Assembly: GCF_004010195.1 (NCBI RefSeq) | Contig: NC_057728.1 | Coordinates: forward strand, 43,055,040-43,108,386 | Direction of reading: 5' to 3' | DNA from: Chiloscyllium plagiosum | Lineage: Eukaryota | DNA: 53,347 nucleotides | In this document: positions 24,753 through 37,474 of the stretch, piece after piece | Numbering within the stretch: the first letter of the stretch is position 1 | Layout: each line of letters opens with the position of its first letter | Program-made: the position numbers and the translations under genes | The notes under the pieces: generated by a model | What the model was told of the DNA's origin: nothing | The model's input: the letters and a program-made list of their open reading frames with translations, nothing else | Databases searched by the model: none

Positions 24753-27654
24753 TTGTAATGCAAGACAAATTCCTTTGTTAAACTGATACTTCACTTGTCT
24801 TCAGTGATTCTAAATCCATATACCTCAATCTCTTGGTTGCAGCCAAATAAATGTACACCACCTGAAATATTCAAGATGCTGACTGAGTTATTAAAAACTT
24901 GCCTGTGTTGCTGATTAACAGGTAAAAAGAGTTCCTTAGAAATACTTAAAACTACTTAAAGACAGCTATTTTGCTTTTACATGCTCAGAATAAAACTATC
25001 CTTTTCTTGCTTTGCTCACTCTACAACATAAGAAAAAAAGAATGTAATGAGAAAGACCATTTGATGCATCAAGTTTGTTTCTTCCACAGTTTAAATGCAA
25101 CACATCATCAATGAGTATTCAACTTCAACCCCAACCGCTCATGTATTTGATCTTAAATATCCTTTCTTATTAATCTGTGTTGGATCCTATTTGTGACAGT
25201 GACTGTTAGAAATTACTCACGAGAACTTAAGTTCTAAACGTAAGCATTTTTCCTTCCTCTCAGCCAAATCACTGATGGAAATGGTGAAAAGCTGAGAGTA
25301 CACTTGACGTAATTGGGGAATGCCATTTGTTTCATACCACCAGTTTCAGTGCATTCCCTTATAATATGTATACTGACTCTCTGCCTTCTGCCACTCAACC
25401 AATTTATAAACCAAAGTTATCTCCAATTCCATGCAATCTTACTTTTCCTAGCAATGTTTGGTGAAACCTTACTAAATGTATACTGTGTGTCCAGCTGTAA
25501 TTCTTGAATCTCAAGTTTTGAAAAGGTGCAAATACATCAGCCCAGCAAGTACATAAAGTCATTTGTACTGGCTTTATAATAATGTTGAGATCCGCAAATC
25601 AGATACGCACATTAAGGTATCTATGGCACACAGCTCCACTTGCTCATTAGAATAGAGATAAGAGGATAATAGAGAAAACAAGTAAATAGTGTTCAGAGTA
25701 CTGAGGACCATAGGGGCTAGAAGTAGAGGGACATTGATTGGCATGGATAGGGTACAGGGTGTGAGAGCAGGAGAATATTTTCTTTTTAAAACTTTAAAGT
25801 TTGAACATGGTGCTGGAGCCTTAAGACAGGGATTCGATCTAATCCACCTTAGGAGCTAGCCAACCTCTTACACTCTTCCGGTGTCATTTGGCTTGACTCC
25901 AAGTTCAATCCTCTGGACTGAAAATCTGAAGTGCAGACATTGCTTTTAACAGTGAGGTTTGTGGAACTGGAATTTCTCTTGCTTCTATGCCCTTGACCCA
26001 GGAACAAAAATTGGTATCTTCGGGTTTGGTAGCTTTAATTGTTAGTTAATTATCATTGATGCATGGAGTGTTATTTTCAGACAGTAAAAAGTCTCACAGT
26101 TCAATAAATTTTTATCGTTATTATATTGAAATTGAAGTCTTGTATTAATGAATGAATATTTGAAGCCATGCTGAATATTAGTTTCAAATTCAACTATAGA
26201 CTGTTACCATATAAGTGTATTTCAATAAAACCTTTTTTTTCCCCTTTACTCTACCACAAGAGGCTATAAAATACCATCTTAAGTAATTAATGCTCAGATG
26301 TCAGCAATTGTCAGCATTTTAATTGTTCTGTGCAAATGTCAGCAATATCTAGGATCCTCACTCATAACCTTAAAAGGCAAAACTCTAGAAGTTTATGTGA
26401 TTGATTCCTTGTTTTAAGCACTGAAGGCCTTAGAGAGGGAAATCAAACAATAATGATTTATTTTACACAAACTTTAATTATTTAAACTATTAGTCTCATT
26501 GTAGAAACCCTTAGAAAAGTTGTGCCTTATTTTATGAGGTACAGTCACACTCCTAACAGTGTATTAAGTTAAATTCATTGCTAAACAACATCTCTAGCCC
26601 TGAAAAACTAAAGTTATATATACAGAATGTCAATTTTTTGCATTCTACAATAAGAGTTCCAGATATTTAAGATAATCAAACTTTTTTTTTCTGATGATTC
26701 AGTTTGTACATGAACTCCTTGTCTATGTCCCAAACATTATTTTATTTTCTGTAAAATAAGAAAAAAAGGGAATGGCTAAACCGACTTGTAATTTATAAAA
26801 CTTGTTGCTTTCCTTTCCATGAGAATTCTTCAGTCCAATTGGTTGTGTGGCTTGCTTGATAACTTCACTATTGGTGGCCAGAGATCCCATTATAGCTGGT
26901 ACCAGAATTAAATTAACATCGGAAAAGAGAAAAATTAAATAGTTTACTAAATCCCTGTGGTCAGCTTTCCGAGTGTGGAAGGGGTATCATCAGCTAATAG
27001 GCAATTATAAAGTCCAAGCTTAGGTTTTAAGGCATTTGTACACACAAACATTCCAAAATAGTAAGAGAGAAATAGACACAATTTGAGAATTGTAATGTGC
27101 AAGTGTCTGAATTATCAATAGCCCTGTTAATTGCTTTGAAAATTAATTCTATTAGCCTTTCATAAAACTAAAAAATCTCTAATAGAGCTCAAAACAAATG
27201 TGCTATATCAATATGCTAACAGACCAGTAAATCTGAAGTTCAGCTAGGCACTCATTGTTCCACTACCAAAACAGTTCAACAGTCCACATGCTGACCTCAA
27301 TGTTCAGTTAGTCATTTGGTTCAAATATTCTTGTGCTTTTGTGTTTTATGTTCTAATTCAAATATCTCTATCTTTATATGATTAATTTGAGGTGCAGTTT
27401 CCAATACATCTTGTCCAAAATTTGCAGGATGCATATGATCCTCTGGTTGGGTTATATCATTATTAGTGTACAAATCAATCAATTAGTGGAAAGGAAGACA
27501 GGCCCATGAAGTCCACTCCCCAAAGCTTATGAGTTGATTTGCACCAGTCTCCTATTAGCTTCGTGAAAACAGTCGTGAGCTCAATGTTCATGATTTTCAT
27601 AAACTTACTGCACTTGAATTATCCATTAAATTCACCACAAAGATTATGCCTGTG

Positions 27655-29125
27655 ACTATCGATGATATAAATATCTCAGCAAGGGGCTCAGCAATCACTT
27701 CCCTAGCTTCCGACAGAGTTCTAGGTTACACCTGATCAGGTCTTGGCAATTTATCCACTCTTATGCGTTTCAAGACATGCAGCCCCTCCTCCTTTGTAAT
27801 ATGGACATTTTTCAAGATGCCACCATATATTTCCCCACATTCTATATCTTCCATGTCCTTCTCCACAGTAAACACTAATGCAAAATACTCATTTAGTATC
27901 TCCCCCATCTCCTGCAGATCCATACAAAGGCTGCCTGGCTGATCTTTGAGGGGCCCTATTCTCTCCATAGTTACCCTTTTGTTCTTATTTATAAAAACCC
28001 TTTGGATTCTCCTTAACCCTATTTGCCAAAGCTATCTCATGTCCATTTTTTGCCCTCCTGATTTCCCTCAAGTATACTCCTACTGCCTTTATACCCTTTT
28101 AAGGATTCATTCCATCTCTCCTGTCTATACCTGACATATGCTTCCTTTTCTTAAAAAATCCCTCAATTTCTCTAGTCATCCAGCATTCCCTACACTTACC
28201 AGGATTTCCTTTCACCCGAACAGGAATATACTGTCTCTGGATTCTCGTTATCTCATTTCTGAAGGCTTCCCATTTTCTTGACCTCCCTTTACATGCGAAC
28301 ATCTGTCCCCAGTCAGCTTTTGAAAATTCTTGCTTAATACCATCAAAATTAGCCTTTCTCCAATTTAGAACTTCAATTTTAGATCTGGCAGCTTTTAAAG
28401 GTTCTTGTCTAATACCATTGAAATTGGCCTTTCTCCAATTTAGGACTTCAACTTTTAGATCTGGTCTATTCTTTTCCATCACTATTTTAAATCTAACAGA
28501 ATTATGGTCGCTGGCCCGAAAGTGCTCCCGCACTGACACCTCAGGCACCTGCCCTGATTTATTTCCCAAGAGTAGGTCAAATTTTGCACCTTCTCTAGTC
28601 AATACATCCACATTCTGAATCAGAAAATGTTCTTGTACACACTTAACAAATTCCTCTCCATCTAAACCCTTAATACTATGGCAGTCCCAGTCTATGTTTG
28701 GAAAGTTAAAATCCCCTACCATAATCACCCTATTATTCTTACAGATAGCTGCGATCTCCTTAAAAATTTGTTTCTCAATTTCCCTCTGATTATTAGGGGA
28801 TCTATAATACAATCCCAATAAGGTGATCATCCCTTTCTTAATTCTCAGTTCCACCCAAATAACTTCCCTGGATGTATTCCCAGGAATATCTTCCCTAATT
28901 ACAGCTGTAATGCTATCCCTTATCAAAAATGCCACTCCCCCTCCTCTCTTGCCCCTTCTTTCTATCCTTCCTACAGCGTTTGTATCCTGGAACATTAAGA
29001 TGCCAGTCCTGTTCATCTCTGAGCCATTTTTCTGTAATTCCTATGATATCCCAGTCCCATGTCCTAACCATGCCCAGAGTTCATCTGCCTTCCTTGTTAG
29101 GCCTCTAGCATTGAAATAAGTGCAA
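27655..29125 (-). mobile_element. CR1 ORF2 5' fragment (APE endonuclease and linker)
   Basis: ORF 28099-29016: GGGVAFLI, IWVEL, GLYYRSP, VGDFNFPNIDW, DLLL, SDHN; ORF 27726-27968: EILNEYFA.VFT. Confidence 0.93.
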
Positions 29126-30196
29126 TTTATATTTATGCAATTATGCATTCAAATTTGCATTGTGAACTACTTATGTTTAAAATTAATCAAATGAATGTGT
29201 CATAACCATTTAAGCTGTAACTAGAGTGAAATCATACTTTTGGGACATCTTAGAGACTTCACAAATCTTCACAGGGTTCACAAATCACACTTTTAACTGT
29301 AATAATTCAAATGGACTACACTCAAGACTTGAATTATGCAGATCATTTTTCTTAATATTAGTTATAGATTGCCTAGGATCAGAACATCGGCGATCTCTCT
29401 TTGTAAAGGTCACCAACTCCTTACCTTACTCACCTCCTTTAATATGCTTAATCAATCTAAACTTTGGCTCTTTGACAAAGTTTTAAGTCATCTGCCCCAA
29501 CATCCCTTGTAGCTCAACATCAAAGATTTTCTTTGAACATCGCTGTGAAGTGCACTGACTCTTTAATAATGTTAATGGCACTATAAAAATACAAGCTTTT
29601 ATTGTTGAATTAAATTCCCAAACTAAAACAGACAAAACTCTTAACTTTTTTTAAATGGTAAGCTTTCATGGAAAGTAAATAGCTTCCAACTTAGAGAGCT
29701 AGCTAACCAACAGATGTAACATGTGTGAGATACTACACAATATACTTCACAAAAACTTTTTTTTTCCATTTAATATAAGCATGGAATCCAAACAGGGCTG
29801 AAATTTCTGAAAGGAAAAGCACAACCCAAAATGTAAACACATGGGTATTTTTTACCATAGCTTGTGATTTGCTCGAAGTTGCCTAAAGAGTATTCAACAA
29901 CTGGAAAAACATCCTAACTTCCTTTAAGAACTAACTGAGTGTTACACTCAGTGGACACTCTAGATTAATTCTGGATGGATAAACAGTAAGATAAAGTGCA
30001 TCCTTCATCCATAAGCTACTCATGTTCCTACTTGATTTGTCTGAGTTAACATTACATACCAAGTCTTGTTTCATTTTCTTCTGCCTTTTTTCACTGTTTT
30101 CCACCAAATATAAGCAAGCAAAAGTATAAACTGTGTACAACTGCATATTGTACAAGAATGCATTCAGAAAATCAATGATACACAGCCTTCCTGATG

Positions 30197-30378
30197 GATG
30201 GGGTTGGTTAGCACAGCTGGCTAGATGACTGGTTTGTAATGCAGAGTGATGCCAGCAGCACAGATTCAACTCCTGTATTGCCTCACCTGCACTCCTCGCT
30301 TGAGGTGTGGTGACACTCAGGTTAAACTCACCACCAGTCATCTCACTCTAAGAACGTAGGATTATGGTGACTTTACAA
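30197..30378 (+). mobile_element. Short tRNA-derived SINE (third family)
   Basis: ttagcacagctggctaga (A box) ... agattcaactcc (B box) head, then cctcgcttgaggtgtggtgacactcaggttaaa core. Confidence 0.6.
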
Positions 30379-30589
30379 TTACCTTAATGCAAAATAAAGT
30401 TTAAAAGCGTGGGCTTTCAAACCTGCCTGACCATATGGCGCCACAAGTAAATACTGGAGTATCATTAAAGCATTTTGGATGACAAGATTTTTTCAGACAA
30501 CTTTGATCATTTAAATAATTAATGCAGTTTTGTATATACAGTACATCTGTACTTTTCTCAGCCAGTCTTGATTTTCTTTTTTGTTAAAT

Positions 30590-32060
30590 ACGAACAAGGG
30601 TCAGAAATAGGCCATTCAGTTCCTACAGCCTGCCCTGTCAGTTAGTAAGATCATTGATATCTTTTCACCCTTTTGCTTACCTATGAATCTAGCTCTGTCA
30701 TACAAATATTCAGATTCTGCTTATCTTTTTAGGAAGAGTGTTCTAAAGGCCCTTTGTAATAAAACCCTGTTGATGCTGCCTGATTACCTTGAAGTCCTCC
30801 AAGTGTCTTGCCATAACATCTTTGATAATAAGAGTTTCTAACACTTCTAGTGACGATTTTTAAGCTAATTAGCCCACAGTATTTTTTTTGTCTTCCTCTT
30901 GATTAATGCAGTTAGATTTGCTATTTTCCAAACTAAGGGACCTTCCTAGAAATCGGGTAGTTCAACAGTTTCACTTCACACCTCAAGACGCTAACTCCAT
31001 CAGTACCGTGGCATTTGTTAAATTGCAGCTCCAGTACTATTTCTCTGATTGTAATTTTCCTGTGTTCTTCCCTGCTTTCATTTCCTGATTAATGATTGCT
31101 TCTGCTTCTTGTATCCTCTATAGTGAAAACTAGTGCAAAAATGTGCTCAACTTATCTGCCATCTCTTTGTTTTCAATGATTAATTCTACAAACTCACTCA
31201 CTGTATAACCAATGGTCATGTCCTTAACATTTTAAAAGGATAGAATCTCTTACTGTCTATACCTGGCTAGCTTTCTACTGTAACCTGATTTTTCCCTCAT
31301 TATTAAATATTTTTAGTCTTTTTTTTAAATACTGTGCCCTGCCTGCTGGTTTGCCACTTTTCCTTGCATAATTATATCTTTAGCATTCCTAGGGTAAATA
31401 TAGAAGGTGGGTCAATTTCATTGCAATGTTTCTATTCATTGTATTCTAAAGCCTCCCCTTAAATTGCATCTCTGGTGACTTACCTTTTAATATAATTTGC
31501 CAATTCACTTTAGCCTGCTCTACCTTCATGCTCTCATTATTGCCCTTAAGTTTTTAAAAATAATCCCAGACCCACTTCTCTCAACCTCAAACAAAGTAAA
31601 ATTCAATCATATTATGATTGCTGCTACCTAAGGAATGGCTTCACTGATGAGATCATTAATTAATCCTAAACCAATGCACAATACCAGGCCTAGTAATGCT
31701 TGTTTCTTGCTGAGTTCCAAAACATGCTGTTCTAAAAAGAAAACATTCTGAAAACATTCTATGAACTCCTCATCTAGGCTACATTGCTTATCTGTCTCAT
31801 CAGTGCACTGATTAAAATTCGGCATGATTATTGTTCCGCTTCCTGACAAGCTTGCACCATTACTTCCTTCATACTCCATCCTGCTACAGTACAGTATTAG
31901 GGATGGAATGTGTACCACTGCCACAAGTAACTTCTTGTCATTACCATTTTTAAAAAGGTCTCTGCACAAATTCTTCCACATCTTGGTTTCCTGAATTTGG
32001 GCCTTCTCTCTATTGTGCTAATACCATACCAAACTATCAAAGTCACCCTGTTATTCAAAG
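30590..32060 (-). mobile_element. Degraded CR1 fragments
   Basis: ORF 31628-31981 (EEFIECFQ..FLEQHV....ALL.LVL) is EN-like; 3'UTR-like piece near 30590. Confidence 0.65.
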
Positions 32061-33381
32061 TATTCTGAAATAACTTTAATTCTTCCTATAAATTAGTAAG
32101 ATATTTATACAAAAAAAGCTGACAAATGTAGTGGCCACTGAACAAAGGAAAAAAAGTAGTATTCATATTAAATTATAATTTCGATATCAAATTTCAGGCA
32201 GCCTTGCATTAAAATATACATTATTCATCACATCAGAGTTTCTCTTCTCTTATAATACACAAGTTTTATCTGCCATTCTCAATTCCAAAGGTTTGTAAAT
32301 ACAAATGTAAGTTAATTACTTGTTTCATGCAAAGACTCCCATGTAATATTTACTAGTTAAGATATCTCTCATTGGAATTTAAAGTGTAAGTAAACTTTTA
32401 ATTTCAACTGGTTAAATAATAGTTCAGTTTTGCTAAAAAAATCTGCTTTGAATATAACAAAGGATCCTGTACAGTTTGCCTTGTTTCGAGATTGGATTCA
32501 TTGCTATTTTTAGATATATGAATAACTGCATGAATAATAAAACCATGTATTTGTCAAGATTGCACACAAGTCACACCTAAATGAAATTTTTCGCTACCTG
32601 TATTATTTTGAATATTTGCATATTTTCCTGCTATTACTTTTCTCAGCGATATTTCATGCAAGATTTTTTTAATTCTATGGGACAGCTCCAAAAGGCACTT
32701 GTTGCCACTACACCCACACGTGGAGATTCAAATGCAACACCTATTGGTGTTATACCAAGCTGTAACATCATAGCAGTTTCCTTTACTTCAGCCAGGATAT
32801 CCATTTCTAAATTCTTGACAATTTGCAGCCTTCCACAAGCAACTTTGTCATAGGTTTTCTGGAAGTCTTGATACACATTATAAAGTTTTCTTGGGATGTC
32901 ATTGTATTGGGTGAATACAGTGCAATTTATCAGGTAAGACTGAACCTTTTTACTGATTGTTAATTACTAGGCAATATACAAGTAACCTTCATTACTCTAG
33001 ATAATTTATTCAATTATTTTGCTTGTTCTTTCAAAGAAAACTAAGGTTGTAGTTTCTGCATTCAATTTGTTATGAATTTTGCAGTACCACCACAGTGTTA
33101 GCTGGTGTAATCTAAAAACCATTCACAATGCTTTTCGGATTACCTTTACTGAGTTGAGTAGAAGTTGCCTCAACTGGTTTCCATTATGCAGTAAGCCATG
33201 TAGCAAATAAACAGCGCATTGTGCAATTATTACACCAACTCAGAAGTCAGACAAAATGCAACAACATTAAGTTCATATAGATCACAGCTAAATATCCCCA
33301 ATTTGAAGTAGTCATGAACTGAGGTAATGAAATACAAAATTATTTCCACATGCAGAGGTACTCTGGCTCCATGACTGTTCA

Positions 33382-33592
33382 TGTGTTGCTGGAAAAGCAC
33401 AGCAGGTCAGGCAGCATCCAGCGAACAGGAGAATCGCCGTTTCGGGCATAAGCCCTTCTTCAGGATTCCTGAAGAAGGGCTTATGCCCGAAACGTCGATT
33501 CTCCTGTTCCCTGGATGCTGCCTGACCTGCTGTGCTTTTGCAGTAACACATTTTCAGCTCTGATCTCCAGCATCTGCAGACCTCACTTTCTC
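33382..33592 (+). mobile_element. Palindromic Penelope-like-derived element with hammerhead core, 15-bp TSD
   Basis: About 85-bp inverted arms centred at about 33465 and the same 3' tail as the 5493 copy. TSD CTCCATGACTGTTCA (33367-33381) / CTCCATAACTGTTCA (33593-33607). Confidence 0.87.
33463..33502 (+). ncRNA. Minimal hammerhead ribozyme motif (putative)
   Basis: GGATTC-CTGAAGA-A-GGGC-TTAT-GCCC-GAAACGTC-GATTCT. Confidence 0.75.
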
Positions 33593-34384
33593 CTCCATAA
33601 CTGTTCAAGAAAGCAAAAAAGGAAATGTACTGATTTGGTCTCTAAAAGGTATCAATGTTTAGCCTTGGATCAAAGGAAGCAGCTAAACTTAAATATCAAT
33701 TGAGGTGCATTTTAAAAGAAAATTGAACTTTGCTCTATTTCCTCAAATTCTTCAGTATCATAAAAGAAAATGACTATATTAAATAATTCTACAGTCCATT
33801 TCATACTTCTAATAACCTCTCAGTGAAATTAACCTTATTGCAAAAAAAAGTTTTTGTTACAATATTGTTCTAAAAATTACAAAAGCTGATCAGCAGTCTC
33901 AAACAAAAGTGACTCTTCAAAAAAACAATCCCAAATGCAGACTACGACACGTAAAGATAAAGTTTCATAAAGAACAGTAGTCAATGATTTGGCACTTGAA
34001 GTGTTGGTGCACAGAACATACACAGAAGTCCATTTACAATCATGGTTAATGTAGAAGTTACAGACTGAAGACAGAATGAAGGCAACAACCACCTTTAGCA
34101 TGTCGAAAAATTAGATTTTTGACACTTCATTTGTTGCAAACATTACATTTAAAATTAGCAATGTCACCTATCAGTCAAAATTAACAGATAGAAATACAAT
34201 AGTTGTTTCAGTTCCCATATTGCTCCACAAGCTTTGCTGCACTGTTATCCAGATAACAGACAGGCACAGAAATACATGAAAAAATGTAAAGATGCTGCAG
34301 TTAAGTGATAACTATCCACTAAACACAACAGAAAAAGTTGCATTAAGAATTTTTGAATGGTGTGGTTGTAAGAATGCAATATGA

Positions 34385-35545
34385 ACACACGAACAAGAAA
34401 CAAGAGTAGATCACCCAGTCCATTGAGGCTGCTTTACCATTCAATAAAGCCATGGCTGATCTGATTTCAACCTCAACTCTACACATTCCTGCATATTCTC
34501 AATAATCTTTCATCTCCTTACTAATCAATAACCTATCTACATCAGCCTTAGAAATACTTAAAGATTCTGAATCCACTACCTTTTGAGGAAGGGTGTTTCA
34601 AAGACTCAGAGGAAAAAAATGTTTCACCTCCATTTCCTCTCATTTAGCTATAGCCCCTAATTCTAGACCATCCTTTTGAAACATTTTGTTTCAACATTCA
34701 GTCAGTCTAGTCACCTCACAATCTTGTATGTTGCAATGAAATAATCTCTGACTCTTCTAAACTCCAGAAGGTCTAGCCTTTCTTTATAAGGCAATACGTT
34801 CATTCCCAGGTATTAGTTTAGTAACCTTTCTCTAAACACTTCCAATGCATTAACATCCTTCTGTCAGAATGGTGACCTGTACTGTATGCACTTCTCCAGG
34901 TGCATCTCACCAATGCCCTGAATGGCTAAAGGATAACTTCTAATCTTGCATTCGATTCCAATAAGCCATATTTTATTAGATTAGATTTTTTTTTTAGAAT
35001 AGATTACATTACAGTGTAGAAACAGGCCCTTCGGCCCAACAAGTCCACACCGACCCGCCGAATGCTTTCCTGATTAACTGGTGTACCTGCATATTAACCT
35101 TCTGTAAATCAAACACAATCGGGCACCCACATCTCTTTGCACCCTCCTGGTACTTAGAGTTTTCTTTCTGTCGAAACAGACAATTGTATGGTTTCCATCG
35201 TTATAACCCATTTACCAGATCTTTGCCACTCACTAAACCTCTCTAGATTCTTTTGTAGGCTCGTTAAGCTTTCACAACTCACTTTCTTACCTATGCATAA
35301 TCAGAAAATTTCGTACCTTCAATCACTTATCAAAATCATTTATATAAATTGGAAAGAGTTAAAACCCCAGCAAAAATGCCTGTGGGGTACCATTCATGAC
35401 ACACTGCCATCCTGAAAAAGACCCACTTATTCCTACTGCCTGCTTCCTGTGAGCAAGCCAAATTTCTAACCAATGATGATATGTTACCCCCTACACCATG
35501 AGATTTTACTTTCTGCAATAATCTTTGATGTGGCACCTTGTTCAA
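34385..35545 (-). mobile_element. Old CR1 3' part with an inserted HE1 tail fragment (34975-35062)
   Basis: NKVPHQRLLQKVKSHGVGG motif at the right end; 3'UTR-like left end; the SINE piece matches 24440-24497 in reverse. Confidence 0.75.
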
Positions 35546-36290
35546 TCAAATGCTTTGGCAGGAAAAACATTGAAATTCAATATGAAATAGGGAGTACAAG
35601 TCTAAGTGGAATACAGAAGCAGAGGGATGTTGGTACATACATGTATAGATCATTGAAAGTGGTTAGACAGGTAGAGAGTAAGTAAAACATGCAATATCCT
35701 CAACTTTATTAATACAGACATGAATTACAAATGTAAGGAGCTGATATTGAACTTGTTACATTATCAAACGCTTGCTAGACCTCAGATAGGATATTGTGTA
35801 CAATTCTAGGCATCATGTTACAGAAACGTTGGGAAAGCATTAGAGAGAATGCAAAAGTGGTTTACAAGAATGGTTTCAGGGATTCAAATTTCAGTTATCT
35901 GGCTGGATTGAAGATGATCTCCTTGGAGAGAAGAATAAGAGGAGATCTGATGGAGGTTTTCAAAATCATAGAGTAGATAGGGAAAAACTGCTCCTACTCA
36001 TAAAGGGTACAAAAGGGCTTGGATTTAAAGTAAATCTACATAAGAAGCCATAGTGAAGTGCTGAAAGCTTTTTCACTCAGCAACTTGTTAGTGTATGGAA
36101 TGCACTGCACTGCCTGGAAGTATAATGGAGCAGACTCAACTGAGGTATTCTAAACTACATTAAATGGTTACTTGGATATAAATAACGTGCAAGGGTTTGG
36201 GGAGAAAGCACGAGATTGGCAGTCAATAGTAAAGCTCATTTACAGGCCTGAATGGTCTCCTTCTAGGCCATAACACTTGTGAGAGTCAGT
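35546..36290 (+). mobile_element. CR1 3' part
   Basis: FGRKN, QRDVG..YRSLKV and RGDLMEVFKI motifs, 3'UTR. Confidence 0.8.
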
Positions 36291-37036
36291 GATAAAAGAA
36301 TTTTAATTACTAACAAACAATGTCTTTACTATAATGTGCACTGATTGTTAATACCACATTTCACATTTCCCCTTTTGATGCTGACTGCTTGAATACAAGG
36401 GGTGTCAAAGTGTCATCTGATTACTGAAATAATCAAATAACCTCCAGTCAATAAACAAGTTAGGTTTCAAAAACACCTAAATGTTTACAACAGTGTGCCC
36501 ACAAACTTGCCAAAAAATCCAGATTACCGTCACAAAAGTTCCAGGTAGGGTGATCATTGTAATTTTTTTTAGAAACGATGATAATAAACATCATGATTCC
36601 AACTGCAACACCATTTTATTTCCAAACCATGACAAGTACAATGACAGAAATGCTCAAAATGAATCTATTTAATAAATTCATTTCAATATAATATTAACAA
36701 AACCTATTGTGTTATCTAGCAGAAACACTCAGAATTAAGTAACTGTTTTGATGTACTTCTCCATTGGTCAGAGGTGGTCAGGCATCTACAATAATGAAAT
36801 TGTCATTCCAATGGGCACCAGCTAATTTTGTTGCAACCAAAAGGTGGAGAAATTACTTATTCTAATGTATGTAATTACATAGTTGTGGCACAGAATAGAG
36901 GCAAAACTATACAACTATCAGAAGTCTAATTGTTTGTGCAATAGTTCATCAAATCCATGAGTTTCTTCATTTGGTAATTATACCAGCAAGAGGTATACAG
37001 AAAGTAGTTCTGAACTACTGTCTTGTGGAAAAACAC

Positions 37037-37241
37037 AGTAGACAAACAGGAGGCTGGAACACAGCAAGCTAGGCAGCATCAGGAGGTGAAGTCAACGTTT
37101 CAGGTATACCATTTCTTCAGGGAGAAGGATTATACCCACAGCATTGACTTCTTCACCTCCTGATGCTACCTGGCTCGCTATGTTTTTCCAGCGTCCTGTT
37201 TGTCTACTTTGGATTCCAGCATCTGCATTTTTTTGACTGCA
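37037..37241 (+). mobile_element. Older palindromic Penelope-like-derived element
   Basis: Imperfect inverted arms (gtagacaaacagg...cctgtttgtctac), tail ttccagcatctgca, TSD tggaaaa(a)cacag at 37026-37038 / 37242-37253. Decayed CTGAAGA..GAAACGTT core on the minus strand. Confidence 0.75.
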
Positions 37242-37385
37242 TGGAAAACACAGGCTAACTAAAATGGACACAAAGAAAGAATGGGAAATACAATTAAAAT
37301 CAAAAACTCTTCGACCAAAAATGCCGAAGAACCATGCATATGGTTGACCTAAAGTGCATGATCACAAACCATTACTGTCAACTCC

Positions 37386-37474
37386 TTCAAGGAGTGTGGT
37401 GTGGTCTGTAATGCACTGCCTGAGGCGGGAAACAGGCAGTGCATTAGAGACCACACCACACCACACTCCTTGAA
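37386..37474. repeat. Fold-back inverted repeat (37-bp arms, 10-nt loop) at the 5' end of a CR1 3' remnant
   Basis: ttcaaggagtgtggtgtggtctgtaatgcactgcctg / caggcagtgcattagagaccacaccacaccacactccttgaa; one mismatch and one 5-nt bulge. Confidence 0.9.

Noticed and set aside
34385..36290. Second twin-priming CR1
   Set aside because: Both oppositely oriented pieces have their own 3' ends and overlap in homology, so they are two independent insertions.
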